In this document: positions 15,018-29,342 of the stretch, piece after piece | Position numbering within the stretch: the stretch's first letter is position 1 | Layout: each line of letters starts with the position of its first letter | NCBI GenBank assembly: GCA_964016885.1 | Contig: OZ024751.1 | Span: 22,568,001-22,632,000 of the forward strand | DNA length: 64,000 nt | Reading direction: 5' to 3' | Origin: Eledone cirrhosa | Taxonomy: Eukaryota | The notes under the pieces: model-generated | Seen by the model: only the letters and a program-made list of their open reading frames with translations | Told to the model about the DNA's origin: nothing | Database searches by the model: none | Translations under genes and position numbers: made by a program

Positions 15018-15590
15018 GTTAAATCAACGTTCATTTCACGTTAAGTCAACGTTAAATCAATGTTAAGTCAACGTTAAATCAATGTTAAGTTAACATTAAG
15101 TCACCGTTAATTTCACGTTAATTCAACGTTAAGTCATGGTTAAGTCAACTTTATGTCAACATTAATAGAAAGTTAATTCAACGTTAATTTAACGTTAATT
15201 CAATGTCATGTCAACGTTAATTTAACATTAATTCAACGTTAATTCAACGTTAAGTCACCGTTAATTTCATGTTAATTCAACATTGATTCAACGTTGATAC
15301 AAAGTTAATTCAACGTTAAGTCAACGTTAATTCAATGTTAAGTCAATGCTAAGTCAACGTTAATTTAACGTTAATTTAACGTTAATTCAACGTTAATTCA
15401 ACGTTAAGTCACCGTTAATTTCATGTTAATTCAACATTGATTCAACGTTGATACAAAGTTAATTCAACGTTAAGTCAACGTTAATTCAATGTTAAGTCAA
15501 TGCTAAGTCAACGTTAATTTAACGTTAATTTAACGTTAATTCAACGTTAATTCAACGTTAAGTCACCGTTAATTCAAACGTTATATCAAC
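15018..15590. repeat. 11-bp quasi-palindromic satellite (aacgttaattc) with 154-bp higher-order unit
   Basis: The variant pattern restarts at 15231, 15385 and 15539. Confidence 0.9.
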
Positions 15591-16466
15591 GCTAATACAC
15601 AGTTAGTTCCGCATTAAAAACGTAACGTTTTGCTTTCTTAAAGTGAGGAGCAGGAGAATGAAATTCCACATTACAAACTCACGGCAGGTGTGTAAGCAGG
15701 ATGGTATTGTTGGCTAAGCATGGCAGGCAGGATGGTGTGGGTGGCTAGCATGGCAGGCAGGATGGTATGGGTGGCTAGCATGGCAGGCAGGATGGCATTG
15801 ATGGTTAGAATGGTAGGTAGGATGGTATGGTAGGTGGAGAGGGTGGAGGGTAGACAGACACGGGTAGGCGGTTATGCAAGCGGGTGTGTAAGCATGCAGG
15901 ATGGTAGATAGGTCGGATGGTACAGCAATCCTGGCAGTTAATTAAACAGTAAAGCAGGCAGGTGGATAGACAGACAGGTAGATAAGTGGGCAAACAGACA
16001 GACACACCACAGACAGACAGGTGGGTGTTTTCGATAGAAATCAATAGTTTTATTATGAATTAAGTGAAAACACATCTTATCTCTCTGCAGGCTGTCACTC
16101 ATTGAGTGAGTCATGGACGACGGGTGAGGGTGGGGATATGACGGGGAGAGAAAAAGAAGATGTCGACGACCAAGTAAATGATGATGATGGTGATGATGAT
16201 GATGAGGATGATGAGGATGATGAGGAAGGCGATGAAAAGAAGATAAAGATGAAAATATTTGCCAAATACAAGTCGAAACCGCTAGGCGTCGCAACCAGGT
16301 CTTTACTTTCCTCTACGAGTCTCATTCATTGAGTATTCGCCTGATTTAAGGTCTCCCCTGTATCAGCACCACAGAGTTTATATATATACATATATATATA
16401 TATGTCTCAAGGCTCTGATACCATTAACACTATACACACAGAGCTGGCATATCTAAGAACTGACTA

Positions 16467-16522
16467 ACTGCCTGATGAGGTCATAGCCATTCAATGGCTA
16501 TCATCGAAATATATATAGCAGT
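16467..16522 (+). ncRNA. Type I minimal hammerhead ribozyme (Penelope-like)
   Basis: actgc-CTGATGA-[stem II atagccat/atggctat]-GAAA-tatata-TA-gcagt. Perfect stem I, palindromic stem III, AATAAA at 16524. Confidence 0.88.
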
Positions 16523-16563
16523 AAATAAAGGATTATGAGTTCATGCAATTGACTTATGTTTCG

Positions 16564-16624
<61 letters not shown>

Positions 16625-16696
16625 TTATATATATATAGTCTGATGAGTGAGTTGGAATTTGGCCGCAGTATCGCTAAAAAGCTTTCTCCGATATTG

Positions 16697-16736
<40 letters not shown>

Positions 16737-17393
16737 ATACCTTTTCCTTTTTTCTTTATCTTCATTTCCAAGCGTGAATCTGTGTTTTTGCGTCTCTGTG
16801 TTTGTCTCATTTATTCTTGAATTTGATAAATATACTAGACCACCAGTGACCTGTTGGGTCACGTTCACAACAACACTACCATTCTCCTTCTCTGTCACCT
16901 CTCTCTCTGTTTCTGAAGGTTCCCGGAAGAACCCCATATCTCGGGATCCCGTTGTCCGATTTACGCGAAACTTGTTTTATTCCATTTGTATTCCCATTTC
17001 AGGGTCAAATTCCTTTTAAAGTATTTTCCCAGTATTTTTCGCCTTTTTGACTGTATTACATTACAGACAAGCAAGCAAGAAATCACAGACTTTTAATATT
17101 ATATCGTCTTTATTCTCTCTCGTTCACGATTTCACCGAACTTATATTCATGAAAATTTGGGACTTGACTCATTCTTCCTCACTTTTCGTTGCTTCATCAT
17201 CTTTGTTTGTTTACACTCTCGTGTTCCCTTTATTTACGTGTCCCAACGACTTTTTTTTAGCCGTTGCTCGCACCAACCGGAGGTATATGGTCTTTAAAGC
17301 TATGAAATACCAATGCTGGTTGGAAGATCACTGATGAAGGACTAACTTTATTCATATGTAACCCTATCGCAACCACGCAGCACGTTTATTCTC

Positions 17394-17453
<60 letters not shown>

Positions 17454-18075
17454 CAAAAAGTTTGGTTATTTCAGGGAACATTCTTTCAAAAGCCTAGTTA
17501 ATCCTATGTAGAATTTAACTAACTCACGGTAAGATTGATGAACGACGTATATAAAAAAAGTAAAGCAGAAACGTTCTCCAGTAGGATAAAACGTACCCAG
17601 CCATACTCCATCACCCACCCGCATTAAACCCTCCTATCTCAAACACCAACCCACCCACCAAAATATAGAAAACAAAATATAAAATGTCGGTACCCAAATA
17701 TCGTCTCTGTGTTAACTAAAATCCATTAATATCCATCTTTGCTGTTTTTTTTCTGATGTCGGCATGTAGACAAAATATTAAAACTAGTGAACAAATAATG
17801 CAATTCAAATCTTGGCAACGTTTCCTTACCAGACTGCAGAGTGCCATAAAGTTGTTTTTCTCTTATCTTGTTTGTTTTATGTGAATGTGTCTGTTTGTAT
17901 GTGTATGTGTGTATGTGTATGTGTGTGTGTGTATGTGTGTATGTGTATGTGTGTGTGTGTGTGTGTATGTGTGTGAGAGAGAGGGAGAGAGAGAGAGTAT
18001 GTGTGTGTTTGTATGTGTATGGACGTAAGTATGTTTCCATATACACGGACAAACATATATGTATACGTTCAGGTA

Positions 18076-18141
<66 letters not shown>

Positions 18142-18206
18142 TTCATACATTTTATACACACATCCACACACACACACACATATATGTGTATGTACTATAT
18201 ACACAC

Positions 18207-18243
<37 letters not shown>

Positions 18244-18625
18244 TATATATATATAAACACACATACCCATATATATATATATAAACACACATACATACAT
18301 ATATATATATAAACACACATACATACATACATATATATATAAACACACATACCCATATATATATAAACAGACACACACCCATATATACATATATAAGTGA
18401 TCTATTTTAAACTGAAGATATCCAGGTGTTGTCGTCCTTCAGTAGATATTTAATGATATATGGTGAGAAGGGGTTATATTTCCTGGCTCAGAGTTTTTCA
18501 TATTTTACCCTCTGGCAACCTAACCTCACATTCTTACAGTAATTTGCTGTTCCATCAAATTTTCAGTGCATTTCAATATGGCTGATAGTTTAGAATCACA
18601 TATTCAGCAGAATGTCGTGTATTGT

Positions 18626-18765
<140 letters not shown>

Positions 18766-18795
18766 GTGTATGATTGTGTATGTGTGTGTATGTAT

Positions 18796-18844
<49 letters not shown>

Positions 18845-18987
18845 CATGTGTGTATGTGCGTGTGTATGTATGTGCGTGTGTGTATGTGTGTGTGTGTGTG
18901 TGTGTGCGTGTGTTGTGTGTGTATGTATGTGTATGTGTTTGTGTGTGTGTGTGTGTATGTGTGTGTATGTATGTGTGTGTGTGTGTA

Positions 18988-19019
<32 letters not shown>

Positions 19020-19333
19020 CGACAAAGAGGGTGGGGCGATGAAGGACGTGGCGAAGGAAATGAAGAAGACGTAGATGGATACGAAGGAAACGATAACGAC
19101 AAAGACAATGATGAGGATGATGATGATGATGATAATCAGGATGATGATAACGATGCTGTTCATGTTGATAAGGAGAAGGAGGAGGACGAGTAAGAGGAAG
19201 GGGAAGAGGAAGATGATGATGATTTTGATAATAATGATAATGGTGGTGATGATGATGATGATGATGATGATGAAGGCGATGATAACGATAATGATGAAAA
19301 TGATATTGATGATAAAGATGGTGAAGAAGATAT

Positions 19334-19367
<34 letters not shown>

Positions 19368-19398
19368 AATCATGACGATGATAATGATATATCATTTT

Positions 19399-19596
19399 TG
19401 GATTGGCAGTATCGGTAAAGGGTCAGACACAATGCTTTGAAGCATAGAGTCATGACCCGTTACGGTCTGAGTTCAAATCCCGCCGAGGTTGACTTTTCCT
19501 TTCATCCTCACAGGGTCGATAAAATAAAGTACCAGTAGTTCACTGGGGTAACACTGGGGTAACTGCTGGCCTTGTGCCAAAAGTAGAAACAATTAT
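19399..19596 (+). mobile_element. tRNA-derived SINE
   Basis: Head, B-box, core and gtagaaacaattatt tail. Confidence 0.88.
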
Positions 19597-20368
19597 TTAA
19601 ATAAATATGTGTGAAGGTTTTTGTTTTCTCTTCCTTTTAGTATTTTTGATATTCCATAAGCCTTTCTAATATTTCCTTACACAAACCACAACAATGGCCT
19701 CTCTCTTAGTTACGAAATACTAGTGGGAAGCTTAAATCTACTATATACAGCCATATTTAAAAATAAGTCACGTGATGACGATCAAAGATAAAACTGTGTT
19801 TCATCTGCAGAGATGAGATTAGAAATATTCTTAATAATAATCCATCTTAGACAATTTAGATATTTGGTTGTTACCCTCATAGTATTTAATTTCATATTGG
19901 CGTCGTAAATAGCTTATAAATATAGGTATACGTCGTAAATAATTGATGTTATGACATATAGTATCTTGGCGATCTCATATTGGTGTCGTAAATAGCTTAG
20001 ATGGATTATATATAGATTTATATCAGAAAATATCTGACGTCGTAATACATCGCAGTCATAACACATCGTATCTCGATGATCTTATATTAGTGCTGTAATT
20101 GGTGTCCGTCAATTTCGACGATGAGCATTCAGTTGTTCGATCAACCTAATGTTCAAGCCATGAATTAACGTGGTTGAGTATTCCGTATGTATATGTATAT
20201 ATATATATATATATTGTTATACTTTGGGAGGGTCATGTTGCCAATAAGAAACACACGCACCAGTTGCTTTCACTTCAATTTATTATAATAAATTTATAAA
20301 TTGAGGAATTTATAAATTTCCGGTTGGTTGGTTGGTTCGTTCCACAACCAGATGGTTGTTTATATATT

Positions 20369-20411
20369 GTCAAAGTTCTTTCGTCACACATTCTGTGACC
20401 TCTTCAGTGAC
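20369..20411 (-). ncRNA. Type I minimal hammerhead ribozyme
   Basis: Minus strand: gtca-CTGAAGA-g-gtcaca/tgtgac-GAAA-gaac-TT-tgac. Core-mutated homologues at 49168-49210 (+) and about 1338-1386 (+). Confidence 0.72.
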
Positions 20412-20613
20412 TGGGGATTCTTTTCTTTGTTTTTGTGTCTCTCCTTTGTTTTTCTCCTACGCCATCTTGTTTCTGTGTGTGTGTATATATATATACGCTT
20501 AACATAATTCTGAGGCCGAATATGACAAAACATATGACAGATGCTATACATCATACCCTTTATGAAGTACTACTCTTATTTGTGGTCTTCCTGGTCCCCG
20601 TACCGCAGATTAT

Positions 20614-20653
<40 letters not shown>

Positions 20654-20774
20654 GTTATTCCGGGTTGAATCGGAGGTAACCACAGTAAGTAAGGTACTCA
20701 ATACATTGCAGAGTATAAAAGTTTTAATATAGATGAGATTCTACAGGACTAGAACTGTTTCATTCATTAGAAAT

Positions 20775-20812
<38 letters not shown>

Positions 20813-20814
<2 letters not shown>

Positions 20815-21015
20815 CAAAGAAAGTGTAGCAAGGAACCGGGTGAATCATAACGCACCAGAGTACTTTATACTTAGGGTTGTAGAGTGGGTAATAGGAAAAG
20901 AGTCAGGACCCCGACGGCAGAGTTCCGGCCGTTTCGACGGCTAGATCCGAACACGTTCGGATCCAGCTGTCGAAATGGCCGAAGCTCAGCCGTCGGGGTC
21001 CTGACTCTTTTCCTA

Positions 21016-21016
<1 letters not shown>
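20813..21016. mobile_element. Second fold-back element of the same family
   Basis: Arms 20891-20952 and 20955-21016 (about 6 mismatches); same leader and same cctat-(TA)n end. Confidence 0.8.
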
Positions 21017-21064
<48 letters not shown>

Positions 21065-21135
21065 GGTACCCGACCTCCCATGGGTACATGCTGAAGCATA
21101 TAAACAATATGCCCCCCCCCCCACCGCAAGGTGGT

Positions 21136-21350
21136 CGTGGAGGTGCCACGGCAAAAAAGCACCCAGCACTCACTGTAAATGAGGTTGGTGTTAGGAAGGG
21201 CATCCAGCTGTAGAAATCAAGCCAGATCAGTTCCTGTATGAGCAAGGCATGGTCAGCCGACCAGACACTGCCCACAACAGGACAACCCGTCTAACCCATG
21301 CTAGCGTGGAAGAACGGACGTAAAACGGTGATGATGATGGTGATGATGAT
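21136..21350 (+). mobile_element. SINE 3' part with RTE-type tail
   Basis: ggttggtgttaggaagggcatccagc...ggacgtaaaacg followed by a (TGA)n tail. Confidence 0.65.
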
Positions 21351-21380
21351 ATATATATATATATATATATATACGTATAC

Positions 21381-21416
<36 letters not shown>

Positions 21417-21422
21417 GTATAC

Positions 21423-21527
<105 letters not shown>

Positions 21528-21804
21528 TATATATACAATATGAAAGAAAAAATGTGAACGAATGTTTGGTAACACGTGTAAAGTCTGTCTATTTTCCATG
21601 TCATCGTTATGTTGTATTGTAGTAAGGTTTGTATTCATTATGTTAAAATGTCGTCTAGGAAATAATTGTTTGATTATAATAAATATATGTCGCTAGACGA
21701 GCCTCATGTCCCAGGGATAATTCCTCATTAAATTTTAATTACTATAATTAATAAGATACATTCTTCTTTTCCGGTTTAATACATTCCATTGGGGAAAATA
21801 GTTT

Positions 21805-21864
<60 letters not shown>

Positions 21865-22251
21865 AATGATGATAATATTAATATAAACAATGTTTTGATG
21901 GTTTAACAGTCGAAAATATCCACGTTTTCGATATAGCAACTACAACAACAACAATAACAATGAAAAATACAGCAACAACAACAACAACAATATCAGCAAC
22001 GACAACGACGCCGTCAACAAACGCAACGATGACGATAACAGCTACAACAGCAACAACAACAACAACAACCACACCACCATAATCACCATTACAACCACTA
22101 CCACCTCTAACACCACCAACAACAACAACAACTATGCCAACAACAACAACAACAACAACAACAACGACGACGACGACAACCACCACTACCATAATCACCA
22201 TTACAACCACTACCACCACCAACACCAACAACAACAGCTATGTCACCAACA

Positions 22252-22292
<41 letters not shown>

Positions 22293-22754
22293 GAAAACAA
22301 CGAAGATGGTGGTGGCGAAGACGACAACAACAACAACAACATGGCGTCACCATACCATATTGTATATCACAAGACATCAATACAATAGTTTCGGCCACGT
22401 CCGTGTTTAGTTATTGTGGCGGTGGAGAGCCGGACCATCGATAGAAAGCCGGAAAAAATGTCGCTCATTAGTTAATTATATAGCGCTTCTACACACACAC
22501 ACATACACACACACACACATATATATATATATACACACATATACACATTCATGCATATATATATACATACATACATACGTACAGATATTCGTACAATACA
22601 TACATTAACCACACATATATTCCCCCTCTCTCTCTTTCTCTCTGCTTTTCACTTTTACATACATACATATATACATACACATATACATACATATATACAT
22701 ACACACATACATACATACATACATACACACATACATACATACATACATATATAT

Positions 22755-22785
<31 letters not shown>

Positions 22786-22852
22786 CATACATACATATAT
22801 ACATACATACATATATACATACATACATACATATATACATACATACATACAT

Positions 22853-23650
22853 AACTGACAGAACTAACATCGAGGATATCACCCATGTCATCAGCAGCTG
22901 TCCAATGATGTCATCGCGGTACTATCTACCTATGAGATATGATGTAGTGGCCAAAACACTGTACAATGCAGTTCGTAAAAAAGATAGCCCCGACAATAAA
23001 CACATTAAAAGCTACAGCAATGTGGAAGACATCCATGTACATAATATGAAAGAGTACTGGTGGAATGTTCCAGTAAAAACCCCAATAAAATGCAGGCATA
23101 ACAGACCAGATATTATGATATGGGACAGGGAGAAGAAAGGATGCACAGTAGTGGAAATTAGCTGCCCAGCAGATGCCAATATAATATCAAAGATTAGTGA
23201 AAAGGAGAACATTTATGCAGAACTGATGAGAAATCTGGAGATACTCCACCCTGATTACACCTTCAGATTTATGCCTGTGATTATTGGGGCACTGGGATAT
23301 GTTAGTAACTGCCTCAATACAAATCTTGAGAAGGTAGGCTTCACAGGAACAGAAAGAACACAACTAGTTTGGAAATTACAAGTACAATCCATTAATGGAA
23401 CAGTAAAACTATGTAAGACATTCCAAAAATGTTGCATCTAATAACTGCATATACACATATACAGATGCAAAGCATATACACATGCACACATACAACTAAC
23501 TCAAAACATACACATCCACACATACAATAACATCCATATCTACACATGCATGCATACATATCTACCTAGTTGATGTTGTGTAAATTCCAATGAGAGAGTT
23601 TTGTGTCTATGTTAGAAACCAACTCTCTCTCTATTGGTAAAACCAGAAGA
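22853..23650 (+). mobile_element. 5'-truncated RLE-type (R4-like) retrotransposon fragment in a (CATA)n array
   Basis: Frame to the stop at 23441 encodes EDITHVISSC, RYD (RHD-equivalent), HNRPDIMIWD, VEISCP, PVIIGALG. 3' UTR hairpin ccaatgagagagtt/aactctctctctattgg. (CATA)n on both sides. Confidence 0.85.
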
Positions 23651-23741
23651 ACATACATACATACATATATACATACATACATATATACATACATGTATGC
23701 ATACATATATACACACATACATACATACATACATACATACA

Positions 23742-23773
<32 letters not shown>

Positions 23774-24481
23774 CAAACATACATACATACATACATACAT
23801 ACATACATACATACATACATACATACGTACATACACATACATACATACACATACATACATACATACATACATACACATACATACATGCACACCAGCTACC
23901 CATGATACATGCCCATCTACACATATATAATCCTCACACATCAATTACTCACCACCCACAGAGAATCCACACCATTCCACATATATGCAATCTACACAAT
24001 TTCTATACCATTCAACACACTCCACCTACACACACACACATACATACATACACACGCGCGTGCACTCCACACACAATTCATACACACCAATCCCAAACTC
24101 TCCACTCACCACCATCGTGTGTTTCCTCCGTTTCTCTATCTTATTTTCCTCTAACCTGATCGACCCATCCACCCTCAACCCTACACACACCACACACATA
24201 CACCCCACCCACATACTCAACACACAGGCTCCACACACAAACTCCACCTACACGCTCTACACAAACACACTCCACGCACACACACTCCATTTTCAAACCC
24301 CGAGGAACAACTCTGCATGTTTTACTTTCGACAAATTAAAACAGGTAGCATTAAAAATGAGACATTACCGAAACACTGACAGTTTAACTGAAACGAATGC
24401 CAAACCCCAAAACACCACCGTCACCAGCACCACTACCACCACCACCTCCATCAGCACCAGCACCACCAGCACCACCACAAA

Positions 24482-24860
24482 ATAATAATTCTTTCTAACA
24501 TTTAGCACAAGGCCAGCAGTTTGGGGGAAGGGAAAAGTCGATTATATCAACTCCAGTATTTAACTGGTACTTTATTCTATAATCTTCAATGGATATAGGG
24601 TAAAGTTGATCTTGGCAAGATTTGAACATAGAAAGTAGACTGCCTTAAAGAAATACTGCAACTCATTGCTGTCCTTTTTTGTAGGGTGGGGAACAAGGTA
24701 AAGTCGATCATATTAACCTCAGTAATTGACTGGTACTTTATTTTATCGACCTCGGAATAATGAAAGGCAAAGTTGAGCTCAGCGGGACTTGAATTGAAAG
24801 TCGTAAATAAATAACACAAAATATTTTGTCCAATGCGCTACCGATTCTGCCAACCCACAG
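24482..24860 (-). mobile_element. Two adjacent older SINE copies
   Basis: Two diverged core motifs in tandem. Confidence 0.65.
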
Positions 24861-25101
24861 CACTAAATAACAAACATAATAACAATAATAACAATAATGA
24901 ATGACATTGCAGAATTTACACATCAATGAAGCTATGTTAAACGTGGAATAATTTGACATGGCCGCCAGATTAGATAAAGATTTCTTTTCATGATATTTGC
25001 TCTTTTTTAAAACATTTTCTGTCGTAATTTTAAGCATTTCTATTTGTAGAGAGGAAAATTGAAATGCACACACACACGCACGCGCACGCGCGCACACACA
25101 T

Positions 25102-25134
<33 letters not shown>

Positions 25135-25168
25135 ATCATATGTGTGTTAGGAGTGGTGCGTGGATATG

Positions 25169-25211
<43 letters not shown>

Positions 25212-25547
25212 AACTTCCCTATAATTTTCTTTTATCTTGTATTTTTGTTGGAATTTTGTCAGTTTGGCAAATTCACTCCCCCTACCCCACCCCATCCACT
25301 ACACACCTGGTGCACAGCAAATATTTTATCCACCATCTTAGGCATACCAATGGGATTAAATCGAAGGTGAGTAATGAGCTTCCGGTTGATATTGAACCAG
25401 GTATTTACTGGAAGAATTCAACGTCATTTCTTTTTTCATTAAAAGAAAGTCAAGGCTGCTATTTTTAGCCCTTGGTCAACTATGATTGAGTTGACATGAT
25501 CAACGATAGCATTCTAGCCCCTGGTCAACCATGATTGAGTTAACATA

Positions 25548-25874
25548 CGAGTGTCGGCTGAAAAGTTCTGAGGGTGATTATGAAGGAGTGATGCTAGAAC
25601 TGTGAAATCTTACATGCATTATTTTCAACTCTTCTTTGCAACATAGTTACGACCCTTTATGGTCTGAGTTCAAATCCCGCCGAGGTTAACTTTGCCTTTG
25701 ATCCTTACGAGGTCGATAAAATAAAGTACCAGTAATGCACTGAGATAATTGTTGGCTTTGTGCCAAAAGTAGAAACAATTATTTTCACTTCTTCTTATTG
25801 TTGAAAAATAAACCTTATTTGGTCATTCCATGACAGTACGTTGGTCAGCCTATGAACCTTTCAGCCGAATCTCG
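25548..25874. mobile_element. MITE, mariner type, carrying a nested SINE
   Basis: TIR cgagtgtcggctgaaaagttc / gaacctttcagccgaatctcg, TA-flanked; SINE at about 25634-25782. Confidence 0.78.
25634..25782 (+). mobile_element. 5'-truncated SINE nested in MITE
   Basis: B-box, core and tail; flanking duplication attattttca(a)cttct. Confidence 0.85.
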
Positions 25875-26436
25875 TATGATGTAATGTATTCCAATCGTGA
25901 CCATCCCATTTGTTTTTCATTAACAGTAACCTAACGTTGTTATTGTTTAGCACGACCTATTCAACCAAGATTACGCTGACCTGGTCAACCATATGATTCT
26001 ATTGTTAGTATTTAGCCTCTGGTCAACCATGTTTCAGCTGACATATTATGAAATGTAGTAGTATTCCAGGCGTGACTTTCCCATTCGTTTTTCATTAACA
26101 GAAAATCAATGTTATTATTGGTTAGCCCCTGGTCAACTATGATTGAGCTGATTGACATGGTCAACAATATCGTTCTAGCCATTACCATCCCTTTCTTTAG
26201 AGATTTAGAGATATGTAGGTCTACTTTGATTCAATATGTCCTTCTCTCTACAAAGACGATGCGATGTGAACTTGGGGAGATGTACTGGCTATTTCTATCA
26301 GATCGAGTGTTATCATAAAGACTTTTGTGATTTAGCCTCAGGTTAATCCTGACTGAGCTAACATATAATCAATGATAGTATTCCAGGTATATTCAGCCCA
26401 TTCATTTTAAAGGATATTATTTGGGACAACTTATAG

Positions 26437-26627
26437 ACGGTGGATTTGCAGTATCGGTAGAGGGTCGGACGCCATGCTTTGACGCATAGAGTTACGGCCT
26501 TTATCATTCTGAGTTCAAATCCCGCCGAGGTTAACTTTGCCTTTCATCCTTACCGGGTCGATAAAATAAAGTACTAGTAATACACTGGGATAATTGCTGG
26601 CCTTGTGCCAAAAGTAGAAACAATTAT
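26437..26627 (+). mobile_element. tRNA-derived SINE, full length
   Basis: TSD attatttgggacaa at 26416 and 26623. Confidence 0.88.
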
Positions 26628-27105
26628 TTGGGACAAATTTATCCAATGAGCTTTTTCTTGTGGTTTCTGGAAGAATTAGTTGAATTAGTTGCTATTTTGG
26701 GGTTTTATTAGAGGAAGAGCAGAGACCGACCAACAACACTGCCAGGAAATTATCCTCCTCCCCCCAGCACCACTACCCCCACCAAAAATAAAAGATTGTC
26801 TCAAATGTTTTCATCGGAGTTAAGTCCATGAAAATCACCCAATGACCAGTTGGTAGATTTAAACAGAACCACGGATTAAATCTACCTTAAGAAAAAGAAA
26901 AGGAAAAGAAACAGGAATAGTCGTTCCTTTGACGACTTTCACACTGTCCCTGTCTACCATATCTCAGTTACAAGGCTTTGATCGAAGCTATGGGAGAATC
27001 CACATGGTCAGATTTTATCTTTCTTTCTTTCTTACTTTGTCTCTGTGGCACGTATATTTCCCTGCGTCTAAGTATGTACAACACAGACACATTCAAACAT
27101 AGATA

Positions 27106-27171
<66 letters not shown>

Positions 27172-27358
27172 ATATATGGATGTGTCTGTGTGATGTGTGG
27201 ATATATATACACACATACACAGACAGATACACACAGATGTACACACATACCTATATATATATACACACACACACACATATATGTGTATATATATATATAC
27301 ACAACAAATATGCGCGCGCACACACACACGTGTATATACATATACACACTAACATGCT

Positions 27359-27392
<34 letters not shown>

Positions 27393-28380
27393 CACACACA
27401 CACATAAATATGCGCACACACACTGGTGCGTCCTCATTTGCCGATGAAGATGCAGTTATTTAATCTAGTGTTGTAGCTTCAATGGAGAAGACAAACCTGG
27501 GGAATTTCCTTGTAATTAATAGAATATATAGAGAGTAGTGAGAAGGTGGAGGGAGAGGGGATTAGGTTAGTAGGTGGTGGTGGTGGTGGTGGTTGTGGTG
27601 GTGGTACGGGAGGTGAGGAGGTGCAGGGAGGTAATAGTGGTGGTAGTAGAATTGGGGGAGAAGGAGTATGGTAATGGTAGTGGTGGTGGTGTTGGTGGTG
27701 TTGGTGGTGTTGGTGGTGGTGGTGGTACGGGAAGGGGAGGAGATGCGGTGGGGTAATAGTGGTGGTAGGAGAATTGGGGGAGGAGGAGTATGGTAATGGT
27801 AGTGGTGGTGGTGATGGTGATGGTGGTGGTGGTACGGGAGGGGAGGGGAGGAGGTGCAGCGAGGCAATAGTGGTGGTAGGAGAATTGGGGGAGGAGGAGT
27901 ATGGTAATGGTAGTGGTGGTGGTGTTGGTGGTGTTGGTGGTGGTAGGGGAGGGGAGAGGTGCAGGGGGAGGGGGGTAATAGTGGTGGTTAGGGCAGTTGG
28001 AATTGGAGGAGGAGTAGTAGGAATAATGTAATTGTGGTGGTGGCGGTGGTGGTGGTGGAGCTACGGAAGGAGGAGGAGACGCAGTGTGGTAAGGGAAGGG
28101 GGGATGAAGGTAAAAGTGGTAGTAGGGAAGGAGGAGAAGGGGGCGGGGTCTGAGGAAGACGAAGATAATAGTGATGGTATATAAGTGAGGAAAAGGAGGA
28201 CGGGGGGGGGGGGCGGACGAGGAGGTCATGGAGAGGAGGATGGGAAGGAGGGAGAGGAAGGGGGTTACGATTTTATGCTTACCTTGTTGGCAGGAATGCT
28301 GTTTATTAGGAGAAGAAACGGAATGGAACAGTACTACTACTACTACTATTACTACTACAACTAATAATAATAATAATAAT

Positions 28381-28805
28381 AATAATTGTTTCTACTTTTG
28401 GCACAAGGCCAGCAATTTCCCAGTGCATTACTGGTACTTTATTTTATCGACCCCGTAAGGATGAAAGGCAAAGTTAACTTCGGCGGGATTTGAGCTCAGA
28501 TCATAAAGAGCCGTAACTCTATGCTGCAAAGCATGGCGTTCGACCCTCTACCGATACTGCCAATCCACAATAATAATAATAATAATAATGGTTTCTTATA
28601 TAGGCACAAGGCCAGCAATTTTGGGGGAGGGGAAAGTCGATTAAATCGACCCCAGTGCGTGACTGGTACTTTATTTTATCTATCTCGTAAGGAAAAAAAG
28701 GCAAAGTTAACATCGGCGTGATTTGAACTCAGACTGTAAAGGGCCGTAACTCTATGCTGCAAAGCATGGCGTCCGACCCTCAACCGATACTGCCAATCCA
28801 CCGCC
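28381..28805 (-). mobile_element. Two tandem SINEs separated by (AAT)n
   Basis: Copies at 28381-28568 and about 28587-28805, each with an (ATT)n tail. Confidence 0.88.
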
Positions 28806-29160
28806 ATAATAATAATAATAATTATTATAATAATAATAATAATAACAATAAGAACAATAATGGTAATGATGGCGGCATATCTTTGGAAGATTCCTTGAAC
28901 CTTTTCGGGTTATTGTTGAGAAAGAAAATTGGAATGGATACAAACAACAATTTATCATTAATAAATACTTTGAAATGAAGATAAATAGAAGAAAGAAAAC
29001 AACACAAAACAAACGAGAACAACGAAAGAAAGAGAAAGAGAGAGACATGGGTGAAAGGGTGGAGGAGAGTATATAAAATACATTGCCAGGTAGGCGCTGG
29101 TAAAAAAAGAGATAAAATTGTTAAACTATAGACTTGTGTAATGGTTCATAGATGGTGATA

Positions 29161-29342
29161 GCCATACCATCCATCCATAGATGACTAGTGATAGTAATAT
29201 AATAGCCATACCATCCATAGATGACTAGTGATAGTAATATAATAACCATACCATCCATAGATGACTAGTCATAGTAATATAATAGCCATACCATCCATAG
29301 ATGACTAGTGATAGTAATATAATAGCCATACCATCCATAGAT
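29161..29342. repeat. 40-bp tandem repeat, about 4 copies
   Basis: atgactagtgatagtaatataatagccataccatccatag. Confidence 0.92.

Noticed and set aside
16085-16360. Possible host exon (ctctctgcag acceptor with acidic frame on plus; GDLKSGEYSMNETRRGK* on minus)
   Set aside because: No recognisable protein, no convincing donor or partner exons; needs RNA-seq.
16704-17340. Short ORF MGFFREPSETE... and a CTGATGA at about 17331
   Set aside because: No identifiable domain; no matching GAAA or stem I for a hammerhead.
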